A stretch of 59,324 bases of DNA, taken from Pedococcus sp. GTDB taxonomy: Bacteria; Actinomycetota; Actinomycetes; Actinomycetales; Dermatophilaceae. The notes below the pieces were generated by a model. It was not told the origin of the DNA, searched no databases, and saw nothing but the letters and a program-made list of their open reading frames with translations. The DNA lies in assembly GCA_036278335.1 (NCBI GenBank), contig DASULG010000350.1, positions 1 to 59,324 of the forward strand, in the 5' to 3' direction. Numbering within the stretch: the stretch's first letter is position 1; each line of letters begins with the position of its first letter. A program made the translations under genes and the position numbers. Shown here in pieces: positions 9,599-19,449 of the stretch.

Positions 9599-11065
9599 TC
9601 AGGCGAGCCCTGCCGCGCGCAGGGCGAGCCAGAGGCGGCTGGCGACATCCGGGTCGTCGAGGTCGGCTCCCGTCACCCTGACCGCGGCCGCCATTCGGTG
9701 CCGCAGTGTGTTTCGGTGGACGCCCAGCGCGGCGGCGGCACGCTCCCCGTGGCCGCGGTGGCGCAAGTAGGCCGCGACCGTGCCCACGAGATCCGCCCGC
9801 CCGTATGCCTGGAGGGCCTCGAGATGGTGCTCGGCGCCGGTCATGTCCGGCGCTCCGCCCGTCGGGGAGACCTGACCGGCCGGACAGCGCTCGAGCTCAT
9901 CGACCAGCGCGCCCTGCTGCGCGGCGAGCGACTCGACGAGCCCGTCGGGACCGGTCACCGCTCTGATCCCAGGCTCGGCGTGGGCGAGGGCGCGCAGGTC
10001 GTCGAGCACGGCCCCAGATGCCGGCTCGGCACCAAGGACCCACAGGACGGAGCCCTCCTCGGTCAGCCAGATCGGCCCCGCGGAGTCGCCCTGGTCCCAG
10101 CGGTCGAGCAGGTCGTCGGCGCCGACGGAGGGGGGCAGCGCGACTGCCACCAGGCGGCCTCGCACCGGGACCGGGTCGAGCCCGAGGCCGGCCGAGAGCG
10201 ACCGGGCGGCGGGGACGTGCCCGCCGAGGACGAGTCGCAGCACGCACGCCCGCTGCACCCGCGCACGGGCCACCGCCTGGTGGCGCTGGTCGAGCTGCAG
10301 GGTGAGCAGGGCGCATGCCGCCAGCACGAGCTGGCGGTCGGGCGGACGCATCGGCCGGGGAGACCCGCTCGCGACGAAGCCGACGAGGCGCCCTGCCTGC
10401 GACAGCGGCTGTACGACGACGTCCTCGTGGTCGAGCGGGAAGGTTGCCGACGAGTGCGGGCCGGCGGCGCGCAGCCGCTCGATCTCACGTCGCAGCTGCC
10501 GGGCGGTGGCGCGTCGGCCCCTCGGCCATACCTCCATCACCCTGCCGTCGGGTGAGAGCCGCGCCGCCCAGCCCTCGACGGCCGAGGCCAGGGTGCGCAC
10601 CACCGCGGAGACTGGGTCGCGCTGGCCCGCCGCCCGCACAAGGTCGCGGTACGCGCCCAGCGACGCGTTGAGCTCGGCCTGGCCGGCCTCCGCCAGCTGG
10701 TTCCAGTACGCCCGCGCCACTGCTTGGAAGGGCGTCGGCGCGGAGACGGTGAAGAACGGCAGCCCGGCCGCCTCGCAGGCCCGCACGAGTGATCGGGGCA
10801 CGTCGTCGTGCACCGGCCCCAGTCCCAGGCCGAGCCCGGCTATGCCGTGTCGGGCCAGGCGCGCTGCGTACGCGCGTGCCTGTGCGCTCTGCCCCGTGAG
10901 CGGCATGCCGGTGGTCAGGAGGAGCTCTCCGCCGGCGAGGTAGGGCGTGGGGTCGACGAGTTCGCTGATGTGGACGCCGGTCACGTCGGAGTCGCCGCCT
11001 TGAAGCGGGCCCACGGGCGCAAGGCCCTCGCCGAGCGTCCGGCTGAGGTCGCGCAGGGTCGGCAT
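9599..11065 (-). CDS. PucR-family transcriptional regulator
   Basis: VHISELVDPTPYLAGGELLLTTG PucR N-domain; C-terminal HTH LGVHRNTLRHR; GGAG RBS. Confidence 0.9.
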   Translation of the reverse strand: MPTLRDLSRTLGEGLAPVGPLQGGDSDVTGVHISELVDPTPYLAGGELLLTTGMPLTGQSAQARAYAARLARHGIAGLGLGLGPVHDDVPRSLVRACEAAGLPFFTVSAPTPFQAVARAYWNQLAEAGQAELNASLGAYRDLVRAAGQRDPVSAVVRTLASAVEGWAARLSPDGRVMEVWPRGRRATARQLRREIERLRAAGPHSSATFPLDHEDVVVQPLSQAGRLVGFVASGSPRPMRPPDRQLVLAACALLTLQLDQRHQAVARARVQRACVLRLVLGGHVPAARSLSAGLGLDPVPVRGRLVAVALPPSVGADDLLDRWDQGDSAGPIWLTEEGSVLWVLGAEPASGAVLDDLRALAHAEPGIRAVTGPDGLVESLAAQQGALVDELERCPAGQVSPTGGAPDMTGAEHHLEALQAYGRADLVGTVAAYLRHRGHGERAAAALGVHRNTLRHRMAAAVRVTGADLDDPDVASRLWLALRAAGLA

Positions 11066-11085
11066 GCGAACTCCGGGGGTATGTG

Positions 11086-11130
11086 GTGCAGGATGCACAA
11101 GAGCGGGCGATTGTCGTGCACTCTATCCAA
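11086..11130. promoter_or_regulatory. Candidate PucR/CdaR-type operator
   Basis: Palindrome GTGCA-GGA-TGCAC(AA) and a second partial copy GTGCACTCTATCCAA in the divergent intergenic region. Confidence 0.5.
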
Positions 11131-11191
11131 TGTGCGGCGACGCCTGGCGCTCGTACCGTGTGGCCCCTGGACGAAATCGAGAGGCACATCT

Positions 11192-12571
11192 ATGACGACC
11201 TTTGAGACCCGGGCCCGCGTGGTCGCTCCGGCAGCCCCGGAGGGCCAGCCGGAGCAGCGGCGCATCCTGGTGACCGACCTGCCCGGCCCCCGCTCGACCG
11301 CGCTGCAGCAGCGACGCGATGGCGCCCTTCCGCCCGGCCTGGGCAAGACCCTGCCGGTGTTCGTCGAGCGGGCCGGCGGGGGAATCATCGTCGACGTCGA
11401 CGGCAACCACCTCATCGACTTCGCCTCGGGCATCGCCGTCACGAGCGTCGGGGCGAGCGCCCCAGCAGTCGTGACGCGGGTGCAGGAGCAGGCTGCGCGC
11501 TTTACACACACATGCTTTCTCGTCACTGAGTATGAGGGCTACGTCGAGGTTGCGGACTGGCTGAACGAGCACACACCCGGCGACCATGCCAAGACGACGG
11601 CGCTCTTCAGCACCGGGGCGGAGGCCATCGAGACTGCGGTCAAGATCGCCCGGGCCAGTACCGGCCGGCCCGGCGTCGTGGTCTTCGACCACGCCTACCA
11701 CGGTCGAAGCCTGCTCACGATGGCGATGACGGCCAAGGAGAAGCCCTACAAGGCCGGCTTCGGGCCCCTCGCGACCGACGTCCACCGCGCGCCCTTCCCC
11801 TATCCGCTGCGCTGGCCGACCGGGGCGGAGCACGCCGCCGAGGAGGCGCTCGCTGCCCTTGAGGAGCTCTTGGAGCGCGTCGGGGCCGAGACGATCGCCG
11901 CGATCGTCGTCGAGCCGGTTCAGGGCGAGGGTGGCTTCGTCGTGCCCGCCCCAGGGTTCCTTCCGGGCGTGCAGAAGATCGCTCGCCGGCACGGCATCGT
12001 CTTCGTCGCCGACGAGGTGCAGGCAGGGATGGCCCGCACGGGTACCCTCTTCGCCAGCGAGCACGAGGATCTCGTGCCGGATCTGCTCGTCACGGCCAAG
12101 GCGCTCGCCGGCGGACTGCCGCTCTCGGCGGTGACCGGGCGGGCTGAGGTCATGGCCGGCGCTGCCCCCGGTGGCCTCGGCGGGACGTATGCCGGAAACC
12201 CGCTCGCGTGCGCCGCCGCCCTGGGTGTCTTCGAGATGGTGAAGACCCACGACCTCGTGGGCCGCGCCCAGCGGATCGAGCGCCTCGTCCGGGAGCGGCT
12301 CGAGCCTGTGGTCGCAGAGTCGTCCGCGGTGGCCGAGCTGCGGGGCCGCGGCGCCATGATGGCCGTCGAGCTCGTCCGGCCCGGCACCCTGGAGCCCGAC
12401 CCGGAAGCCGCCGCCGCGGTCTCCGCGGCCTGCCACCGCCAAGGCGTGCTGACCCTCGTGTGCGGCACGTTCGGCAACGTCATCCGCATGTTGCCCCCGC
12501 TGGTCATCGGTGATGACCTTCTGGTTGAGGGGCTCGACATCCTCGCCGCCGCTATCCGGGAGCTCGCATGA
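11192..12571 (+). CDS. gabT: Class III aminotransferase, 4-aminobutyrate/5-aminovalerate transaminase (GabT/DavT-like)
   Basis: DFASGIAV, FTHTCF, AYHGRS, EPVQGEGG, ADEVQAG, TAKALAGGLPLS (PLP Lys), GGTYAGNP. Confidence 0.85.
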   Translation: MTTFETRARVVAPAAPEGQPEQRRILVTDLPGPRSTALQQRRDGALPPGLGKTLPVFVERAGGGIIVDVDGNHLIDFASGIAVTSVGASAPAVVTRVQEQAARFTHTCFLVTEYEGYVEVADWLNEHTPGDHAKTTALFSTGAEAIETAVKIARASTGRPGVVVFDHAYHGRSLLTMAMTAKEKPYKAGFGPLATDVHRAPFPYPLRWPTGAEHAAEEALAALEELLERVGAETIAAIVVEPVQGEGGFVVPAPGFLPGVQKIARRHGIVFVADEVQAGMARTGTLFASEHEDLVPDLLVTAKALAGGLPLSAVTGRAEVMAGAAPGGLGGTYAGNPLACAAALGVFEMVKTHDLVGRAQRIERLVRERLEPVVAESSAVAELRGRGAMMAVELVRPGTLEPDPEAAAAVSAACHRQGVLTLVCGTFGNVIRMLPPLVIGDDLLVEGLDILAAAIRELA

Positions 12572-14058
12572 GCACTGACCTGAGCCACAGCCCACGCACC
12601 GGTTTGGCTGCTGCCGGACCGCACCACTCGACGCCGAAGGAGGTGGAGGCCGCCGTCGCTGCGGCTGCCCGGGCCGCCGCCGCCGTGGCCTCCGCCGCGC
12701 CCGGGGAGCGTCGGCGCTGGCTCGAGGCGCTGGCCGCGGCTCTTGAGGCCGACGCCGACCGCCTTGTCGCCATCGCCGACGAGGAGAGCGCCCTGGGCGA
12801 GCCGCGGCTGCGTGGCGAGCTGGCCAAGGCGGCGGCGAATGCCCGCTACTACGGCGCCGTCAGCGCCCGCGGGGTGTGGCTCGGCGCCCGGGTGCAGCGG
12901 GCCGACGACGGCAGCGGGCTCGACCTGCGGCGGGTGAACACCCCGCTCGGGCCTGTCGCCGTCTTCGGTGCCAGCAACTTCCCGTTCCAGTTCGGCACTG
13001 TCGGGCACGACACGTGCTCGGCCATCGCGGCCGGCTGCCCCGTTGTCGTCAAGGCGCACCCAGCGCACCCGCGGTTGGCCGTCGCCCTTGCCGAGGTGGC
13101 CACCGCGGCGCTGGAGCATGCCGGGGCGCCGGCCGGCACACTTGGTCTCGTCGTCGGGTTCGACGCTGGCTTGGGCCTCGTTGACGCCCCCGCCATCGCG
13201 GCTGTCGGCTTCACCGGGTCGCAGCGCGGCGGTCTGGCCCTCGTCGAGCGAGCCGCCCGGCGGGAGGTGCCCATCCCCGTCTTCGCCGAGATGGGCACGC
13301 TCAACCCGGTCGTCGTCACGCTGGCCGGGGCCGGACGCATCGCCGAGGTGGCGGCCGGTTTCGTCGAGTCGTTCACCCTCGGGGCGGGCCAGTTCTGCAC
13401 CAAGCCGGGCCTGCTTCTCGCCCCGCGGGGGTACGAGGCCGCCGAGGCTGTCGCCGAGCAGGTCCGCGCTCACGAGGGGGGTTGGCTCCTCACGGCGGGC
13501 ATCGCCGATGCCTACCAGGAGGGCGTCAGCGCGCTGCAGGACTCCGGCGGAGAGGTGATCGCTGCCGGCTCCCGTCCCGACCACGGGTATGCCGCGAGCG
13601 CGGCGGTGCTGCGCGTCGAGCCCGACGACCTCCGGCCCGGTTCGCGGCTGCTCGAGGAGTGCTTTGGGCCCGCTGCCCTTGTCGCGGAGTACGACACGGT
13701 GGAGCAGGCCCTTGAGGTCCTCGCCCGCATGCAGTCCTCGCTGGCGGGTTCGGTCTTCGGTGGTGGCGCCGGCGACGTCGACCTGCCCGCCGTGGTTGCC
13801 CGCCTCGCCGTGCAGACAGGTCGAGTCATCGTCGACGGGTGGCCGACCGGCGTCGCCTGTGTGGACGCCATGCACCACGGCGGTCCCTGGCCGGCGACGA
13901 GCCGGCCCGACGCGACGAGCGTGGGGGCGCACGCCCTGGACCGTTTCACCCGGCCGGTGTCCTATCAGGACGTGCCCGACGCCGCGCTTCCGCCAGCCCT
14001 GCAGGACGCCAACCCGTGGGACCTGCCGCTTGAACCCGACCACACCCGAGAGCACTGA
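12568..14058 (+). CDS. NAD(P)-dependent aldehyde dehydrogenase, KGSADH/AldH-like subfamily
   Basis: GPVAVFGASNFP, GFTGS, EMGTLNP, GQFCTKPG, EECFGP, GWPTGV, HGGPWPAT; ATGA-coupled to gabT. Confidence 0.88.
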   Translation: MSTDLSHSPRTGLAAAGPHHSTPKEVEAAVAAAARAAAAVASAAPGERRRWLEALAAALEADADRLVAIADEESALGEPRLRGELAKAAANARYYGAVSARGVWLGARVQRADDGSGLDLRRVNTPLGPVAVFGASNFPFQFGTVGHDTCSAIAAGCPVVVKAHPAHPRLAVALAEVATAALEHAGAPAGTLGLVVGFDAGLGLVDAPAIAAVGFTGSQRGGLALVERAARREVPIPVFAEMGTLNPVVVTLAGAGRIAEVAAGFVESFTLGAGQFCTKPGLLLAPRGYEAAEAVAEQVRAHEGGWLLTAGIADAYQEGVSALQDSGGEVIAAGSRPDHGYAASAAVLRVEPDDLRPGSRLLEECFGPAALVAEYDTVEQALEVLARMQSSLAGSVFGGGAGDVDLPAVVARLAVQTGRVIVDGWPTGVACVDAMHHGGPWPATSRPDATSVGAHALDRFTRPVSYQDVPDAALPPALQDANPWDLPLEPDHTREH

Positions 14059-14068
14059 GGTGACCACC

Positions 14069-15262
14069 GTGAAGCAGAACCGCAGCAAGCCGAACCCGCT
14101 CGACCTCGTGGAGATCGACGAGTTCCTCAGCGCCGACGAGAAGGCCGTGCGGGACGCCGTGCGCCAGGTGTGCGACAAGAGCGTCGACCCCTACGTCGCC
14201 GACTGGTACGAGCGCGGCGAGCTGCCCGTCGCGCGGGAGCTCGCCAAGGAGCTCGGCGCCGTGGGCCTCCTCGGCATGCACCTCGAGGGGTACGGCTGCG
14301 CCGGCATGAGCGCCGTCGACTACGGCCTGGCCTGCCTCGAGCTCGAGGCCTCGGACTCGGGCATCCGCTCGCTGGTCTCGGTGCAGGGCTCTCTGGCGAT
14401 GTTCGCGATCTGGCGCTGGGGCACCGAGACGCAGAAGCAGGAGTGGCTGCCGCGGATGGCAGCAGGCGAGGCGATCGGCTGCTTCGGCCTGACCGAGCCC
14501 GATGCCGGCTCCGACCCGGCCGGCATGCGCACCCGCGCCCGGAAGGATGGTGACGACTGGGTGCTGAACGGCTCGAAGATGTGGATCACCAACGGCTCCA
14601 TCGCCGACGTCGCTGTGGTGTGGGCCAATGCCGGCGAGGAGCACGGCGGCATCCGTGGTTTCGTCGTGCCGACGAACATCCCGGGCTTCTCGGCCCCGGA
14701 GATCAAGCACAAGATGTCGCTGCGGGCTTCCATCACCAGTGAGCTGGTCCTCGAGGATGTCCGCCTGCCCGCCGACGCCGTGTTTCCCGAGGTCCGCGGC
14801 CTCAAGGGGCCTTTGTCCTGCCTGAACGAGGCCCGCTTCGGCATCATCTGGGGCGCCATGGGCGCGGCTCGAAGCGCTTTCGAGACGGCGCTGTCCTACA
14901 GCATGGAGCGAGAGCAGTTCGGTCGGCCGATCGCCGGCTTCCAGCTGACCCAGCACAAGCTGGCCCAGATGACGGTCGAGCTCACCAACGGCACGCTGCT
15001 GGCGCTGCACCTCGGCCGGCTCAAGGACGCCAAGGGGCTGCGCCCGGACCAGGTCAGCGTCGGCAAGCTCAACAACGTCGCCAAGGCGATCGAGATCTGT
15101 CGCATGGCGCGCACGGTGCTGGGGGCCAACGGCATCTCGCTGGAGTACCCGGTGATGCGCCACGCCAACAACCTCGAGTCGGTGCTCACCTACGAGGGCA
15201 CGGTGGAGATGCACACCCTGGTCATCGGCCAGGCCCTCACCGGCCAGGCCGCCTTCCGCTGA
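14069..15262 (+). CDS. gcdH: Acyl-CoA dehydrogenase, glutaryl-CoA dehydrogenase-like
   Basis: GCFGLTEPDAGSDP, GSKMWITNG, LSCLNEARFGI, QFGRPIAGFQL, TYEGT (catalytic Glu context typical of GCD). Confidence 0.8.
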   Translation: MKQNRSKPNPLDLVEIDEFLSADEKAVRDAVRQVCDKSVDPYVADWYERGELPVARELAKELGAVGLLGMHLEGYGCAGMSAVDYGLACLELEASDSGIRSLVSVQGSLAMFAIWRWGTETQKQEWLPRMAAGEAIGCFGLTEPDAGSDPAGMRTRARKDGDDWVLNGSKMWITNGSIADVAVVWANAGEEHGGIRGFVVPTNIPGFSAPEIKHKMSLRASITSELVLEDVRLPADAVFPEVRGLKGPLSCLNEARFGIIWGAMGAARSAFETALSYSMEREQFGRPIAGFQLTQHKLAQMTVELTNGTLLALHLGRLKDAKGLRPDQVSVGKLNNVAKAIEICRMARTVLGANGISLEYPVMRHANNLESVLTYEGTVEMHTLVIGQALTGQAAFR

Positions 15263-15338
15263 GCCGGGACCGGGAGCCGGGGGGCGGAGAGCGTCGCCCC
15301 GGCTGCCGGTGTTTCGCCCGTGGGCTGACGTGTGGGGC

Positions 15339-17378
15339 TCAGTCCCGGGTGCCCACCCCATGGGTGGCGACCGGCCCCCGGCCGCCCGCAGTCTCGAGCA
15401 GCGCCTCGCCCACGACGAGGCCCTCGAGGACGGCCTCCTCTACGGTCCGCGGCGCGAGAGCGTCGCCAATGAGGTGCACTGGCACGTCGCCGCGGAGTTC
15501 CTCGGCCAGCGCGTCGACGGATGTGCTGCCCTGGGCCAGGACGAGTCCGCAGACGTCCTCGACGATCACCGGCTCCCCGGTGAGGACGTGCTGCAGGTAG
15601 ACGGTGTCGTCGTCCGCGCCATACGGCCGCACGAGGGGCACCACCTCGATGCGCGCCCGGGCGGCAGCGGCGAGCATCTCGTCGCGCACATACTGCTGGA
15701 TGCGTTGCCCTGGGTGGTAGCCGGAGACGGCCAGCGTCACGCGGTGCCCGCGCTCGGCGAGGAGCAGGGCCGTGCCCAGCCCGATCCAGTCGGAGCGCCA
15801 GTCGGCGACGACGAGCCGGCCGCCGCGCGGCAGCTGGGTGCCGGAGACGACATCCCAGGCATTGACGCAGCAGGCGCCGTCGGCGAGCTCGAGGTCGATC
15901 GTGCGCGGCTGTGCCCCGGTGGCCACGACGACGGCGTCGGGGCGCAGACCCAGCACCAGCTGACGGTCTGCGGGTGTCGAGGTGCGCAGGTCGATACCGA
16001 GCGGCTCCATCTCGGCGAGGAGGTTGGTGGTCGCCCCGCCGAACTCAGCGCGTCCGGGCAGTCTCTCGGCCAGGCGCACCTGCCCGCCGGCCCGGGACTC
16101 CCTCTCGAGGAGGACCACCTCGTGGCCCTGGCGGGCCGCAGTGATGGCCGCCTTCATGCCGGCCGGTCCCGCGCCGACGACCACAACGCGACCTGGGGCG
16201 GTCGCCCGGCGGATGGTGCCGAAGCGGATCTCCCGGCCGGTCTCTGGCCGCTGGATGCAGGAGATGGGGTAGCCCGCGTGGAAGTGTCCGATGCAGGCCT
16301 GGTTGCACGCGATGCAGGCCCGGATCCGCTCGGTGTCGCCGGCGGCGGCCTTGCGCGGCAGCTCGGGGTCGCAGATCAGGGCCCGCGTCATGGCCACGGC
16401 GTCGGCCTGCCCGCCGGCGACGATCGCCTCGGCTTCCTGGGGCTGGTTCACTCGGCCGGCCACCATCACCGGCACGGGCACCGCGGCCCGCACGCGGGCG
16501 GCATACGGGGCGACGTAGCCGGTAGGCCGCGTCATCGGCGGCGCGATGTGGTCGGAGCCGGCGAGTGTCGCCGACGTGCCGAGCACGACACTGACGTAGT
16601 CGAGGAGACCGTCCTGCGCGCAGCCGCGCAGGGCGGCGAGGAGCTCTTGCTGGCGGCCGGGGTCGTCCGGATCCTCTTCGGTCGACACTCGCACGCCGAC
16701 CGCGATGCCGGCGCCCGTCTGGCTGCGTATGGACGTGAGGCACTCGCGCAGGAACCGCGCCCGGTTCTCCGGGGTTCCGCCGTACTCGTCCGTGCGCCGG
16801 TTGACTCCGGGGTCGAGGAACTCGCCCGGCAGGTAGCCGTGCGAAGCCACCAGCTCGACGCCGTCGAGACCGGCACGCTGCAGTCGTGCCGCGGCGGCGC
16901 CGAACCCCTCGACGATCTCGGTGATGAGGGGGCGGTCGAGGGAGCGTGGCATGACGCCGAACCGCTCATTGGGCACGCTGGAGGGTGCGTAGGCAACCGG
17001 GAGCGAGCCGTCGTCGGAGGCGGTCGTCTCGCGGCCGCCGTGGAAGAGCTGGCCAAAGACGGCGCAGCCGTGCGGCTTGAGCACGCCGCAGAGCCGCCTG
17101 TACCCCTCGATGCAGTCGTCGGTGTCGGCCATGAGCATGTGCGAGGTGTACTTGGCGGTGGGATGCACTCCGGCCACCTGCAGGACGATGAGGTCGGCGC
17201 CGCCCTCCGCCCGCGCGCGGTGGTAGGCCACGAGCTGGTCGGTGACGTGGCCGTGGTCGGTCATGACGGTGTCGTGACCGGAGGAGAGCACCCGGTTCTT
17301 CAGACGGACGGGCCCGATCTGCAGCGGGGCGAAAAGATGGGGAAACGACGTGCTGGTCGCCGTTGGGGCCTGGGTCAC
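15339..17378 (-). CDS. Multidomain NADH:flavin oxidoreductase (OYE barrel + 4Fe-4S + FAD/NAD domain)
   Basis: GQLFHGGRE, SHGYL, NRRTDEYGG, CIACNQAC-x11-C cluster motif, VVGAGPAG; GAGGAG RBS. Confidence 0.88.
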   Translation of the reverse strand: MTQAPTATSTSFPHLFAPLQIGPVRLKNRVLSSGHDTVMTDHGHVTDQLVAYHRARAEGGADLIVLQVAGVHPTAKYTSHMLMADTDDCIEGYRRLCGVLKPHGCAVFGQLFHGGRETTASDDGSLPVAYAPSSVPNERFGVMPRSLDRPLITEIVEGFGAAAARLQRAGLDGVELVASHGYLPGEFLDPGVNRRTDEYGGTPENRARFLRECLTSIRSQTGAGIAVGVRVSTEEDPDDPGRQQELLAALRGCAQDGLLDYVSVVLGTSATLAGSDHIAPPMTRPTGYVAPYAARVRAAVPVPVMVAGRVNQPQEAEAIVAGGQADAVAMTRALICDPELPRKAAAGDTERIRACIACNQACIGHFHAGYPISCIQRPETGREIRFGTIRRATAPGRVVVVGAGPAGMKAAITAARQGHEVVLLERESRAGGQVRLAERLPGRAEFGGATTNLLAEMEPLGIDLRTSTPADRQLVLGLRPDAVVVATGAQPRTIDLELADGACCVNAWDVVSGTQLPRGGRLVVADWRSDWIGLGTALLLAERGHRVTLAVSGYHPGQRIQQYVRDEMLAAAARARIEVVPLVRPYGADDDTVYLQHVLTGEPVIVEDVCGLVLAQGSTSVDALAEELRGDVPVHLIGDALAPRTVEEAVLEGLVVGEALLETAGGRGPVATHGVGTRD

Positions 17379-17467
17379 GGAGGTCTCCTCGCAGATGGTT
17401 CCGGTGACCGCACGGGAAGCGCACGCCTGGCGTCGTCGACCGCACGGTGAGCGTCACTATGCCAGAC

Positions 17468-17491
17468 AAGTGGCTACTGGATACAGTATCC
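17468..17491. promoter_or_regulatory. Candidate GntR operator overlapping -10 (TACAGT) of CoA transferase
   Basis: AAGTGGCTACTGGATAC plus palindrome GGATAC-A-GTATCC; near-identical 17-mer at 19587. Confidence 0.6.
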
Positions 17492-17494
17492 GCC

Positions 17495-18751
17495 ATGCTT
17501 CCTGAACCGTCGCGCAGAGATCGGACCGAGGCGGCCCTGGAGGGACTCCTCATCGCCGACTTCGGACGGGTCCTCGCCGGGCCCTACGCGACGATGCTCT
17601 TGGCAGATCTCGGGGCCGAGGTGATCAAGGTCGAGCGGCCGGGCTCGGGGGACGACACCCGAGCGTGGGGGCCGCCTTGGTCGGACGGCCAGGCGACCTA
17701 CTTCCAAGGGGTCAACCGAAACAAGAAGTCCGTCGCCGTGGACCTGACGACCGAGGAGGGCCGGGCCGCCGCGCGCGCCCTCGCGCTGCGGGCGGACGTC
17801 GTCGTCGAGAACTTCCGTCCCGGCGTCATGGGGCGCCTCGGCCTCGAGTACGACACGCTCCGGGAGGGCAACCCGCGGCTCGTCTACTGCTCGATCACGG
17901 GTTTCGGGTCCGGGGAAGGGGCTGCGCTGCCGGGCTACGACCTGCTCGTGCAGGCCATGGGGGGCCTCATGTCGATCACCGGTGACCCGGACGGCGACCC
18001 GACGAAGGTCGGGGTGGCCCTCGTCGACGTCATCACGGGTCTGCACGCGGCGGTGGGCATTCTCGCGGCGGTGCGGCATGCAGCCCGCACGGGTGAGGGC
18101 CAGCGGGTGGAGGTCAACCTCCTCTCCTCCCTCCTGTCGGCCCTGGTCAACCAGGCCCAGGGCTACGTCGGCGCCGGCGTGGTCCCGGGTCGGATGGGCA
18201 ACCGGCACCCGAGCATCGCGCCGTACGAGGCCTTCCCCACCCAGGACCGACTGCTCGTGCTCGCCGTCGGCACCGACCGCCAGTTCGGGGCGCTCTGTGA
18301 CGCACTCGACCTGCCCCAGGTGGCCCGGGACCCGCGCTTCGCGACGAACGACCAGCGGGTGGCCCACCGGGACGAGCTCTGCGTCGTGCTGAGGGACCGG
18401 CTCGGCATGCAGCCGGCTGACCACTGGTTCAAGGCGCTCATGGACCGCGGTGTCCCGTGCGGACCGATCAACACCATCGACCAGGGTTTCGCTCTGGCAG
18501 CTCAGCTCGGCCTCGACCCCGTCGTGCGTGTACCGCAGATGACGCAGTCGCGGCCGGACCTCGGGCAGGATGGGGCGGTGACTCCCGCCACCATCGCCAC
18601 CGTCGCGAACCCGATCCGGCTCTCGCGGACCCCTGCCGCCTACCGCTCCGGGCCGCCTGTGCTCGGACAGGACGGCCACGCGGGCGTCCTCCCCGGCGAG
18701 GACGCCGGCGGCGCCGCTGGCACCCAGCCCGGCCCCGGAGTCTCCTCGTGA
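17495..18751 (+). CDS. CaiB/BaiF family III CoA transferase (succinyl-CoA:glutarate CoA-transferase-like)
   Basis: RVLAGP, LGAEVIKVE, GDDTR, NRNKKS, ENFRPG, PGYD; start 7 nt after TACAGT (probably leaderless). Confidence 0.88.
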   Translation: MLPEPSRRDRTEAALEGLLIADFGRVLAGPYATMLLADLGAEVIKVERPGSGDDTRAWGPPWSDGQATYFQGVNRNKKSVAVDLTTEEGRAAARALALRADVVVENFRPGVMGRLGLEYDTLREGNPRLVYCSITGFGSGEGAALPGYDLLVQAMGGLMSITGDPDGDPTKVGVALVDVITGLHAAVGILAAVRHAARTGEGQRVEVNLLSSLLSALVNQAQGYVGAGVVPGRMGNRHPSIAPYEAFPTQDRLLVLAVGTDRQFGALCDALDLPQVARDPRFATNDQRVAHRDELCVVLRDRLGMQPADHWFKALMDRGVPCGPINTIDQGFALAAQLGLDPVVRVPQMTQSRPDLGQDGAVTPATIATVANPIRLSRTPAAYRSGPPVLGQDGHAGVLPGEDAGGAAGTQPGPGVSS

Positions 18752-19425
18752 GCGCCGCGACCTACCGCAGGCCGCCGACCGCCCAGGAGGCGGTCCTCGC
18801 CGAGCTGCGGCGTGCGATCGCCTCCGGCGAGCTGAAGCCCGGCCAGTCGATCGCCCAGGCCACTCTGGCGGACCAGCTCGGGGTCAGCCGGGTTCCGGTG
18901 CGCGAGGCGCTGAAGATCCTCCAGGGCGAGGGGCAGGTCGAGTACCAGCCGCACCACGGCTACTCCGTCACGCACCTCGACCTCGACGACCTGCGCGAGG
19001 CCTACCGGATCCGCCAGCTGCTGGAGACCGAAGCGGCTCGGATTTCCGTCCCCAGGTTCGGCCCCCAGGAGGTCCGCGCCCTGGCGCAGGCGGCCCGGGA
19101 GGTCGACAACGCCGGCGATGACGAGGACTACGCCACCATGGCAGCGGCCAACCGCCGCTTCCATTTCCTCCTCGTCGAGGGGGCGGGGATGCCGCGGCTC
19201 ACGCACCTCCTGCGCATCCTCTGGGACGCCACGGACGTGTACCGGTCCTTCTACTACGCAGACGCCGACAACCGGCACCGGGTGCGCGCCGAGCACGCCG
19301 GCATCGTCAAGGCCGTCGCGGACGGCGACGTGGAGGCAGTGGTGCAACAGCTCGACGAGCACCGCCAGCACGCCATCGACGAGATCACCGGCACCATGTC
19401 GCTCGAGGGTGCGAGCCACGCCTGA
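18748..19425 (+). CDS. GntR-family (FCD) transcriptional regulator
   Basis: LADQLGVSRVPVREAL wHTH; NRRFH and EH..I FCD motifs; GTGA overlap. Confidence 0.9.
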   Translation: MSAATYRRPPTAQEAVLAELRRAIASGELKPGQSIAQATLADQLGVSRVPVREALKILQGEGQVEYQPHHGYSVTHLDLDDLREAYRIRQLLETEAARISVPRFGPQEVRALAQAAREVDNAGDDEDYATMAAANRRFHFLLVEGAGMPRLTHLLRILWDATDVYRSFYYADADNRHRVRAEHAGIVKAVADGDVEAVVQQLDEHRQHAIDEITGTMSLEGASHA

Positions 19426-19449
19426 AGCCGCTGGGCGCCGTGCGTGCCA

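Noticed and set aside
9347-9600. Active integrative element or prophage at tRNA-Leu
   Set aside because: No integrase, excisionase, phage or conjugation genes, and no attR-like repeat noticed in the window
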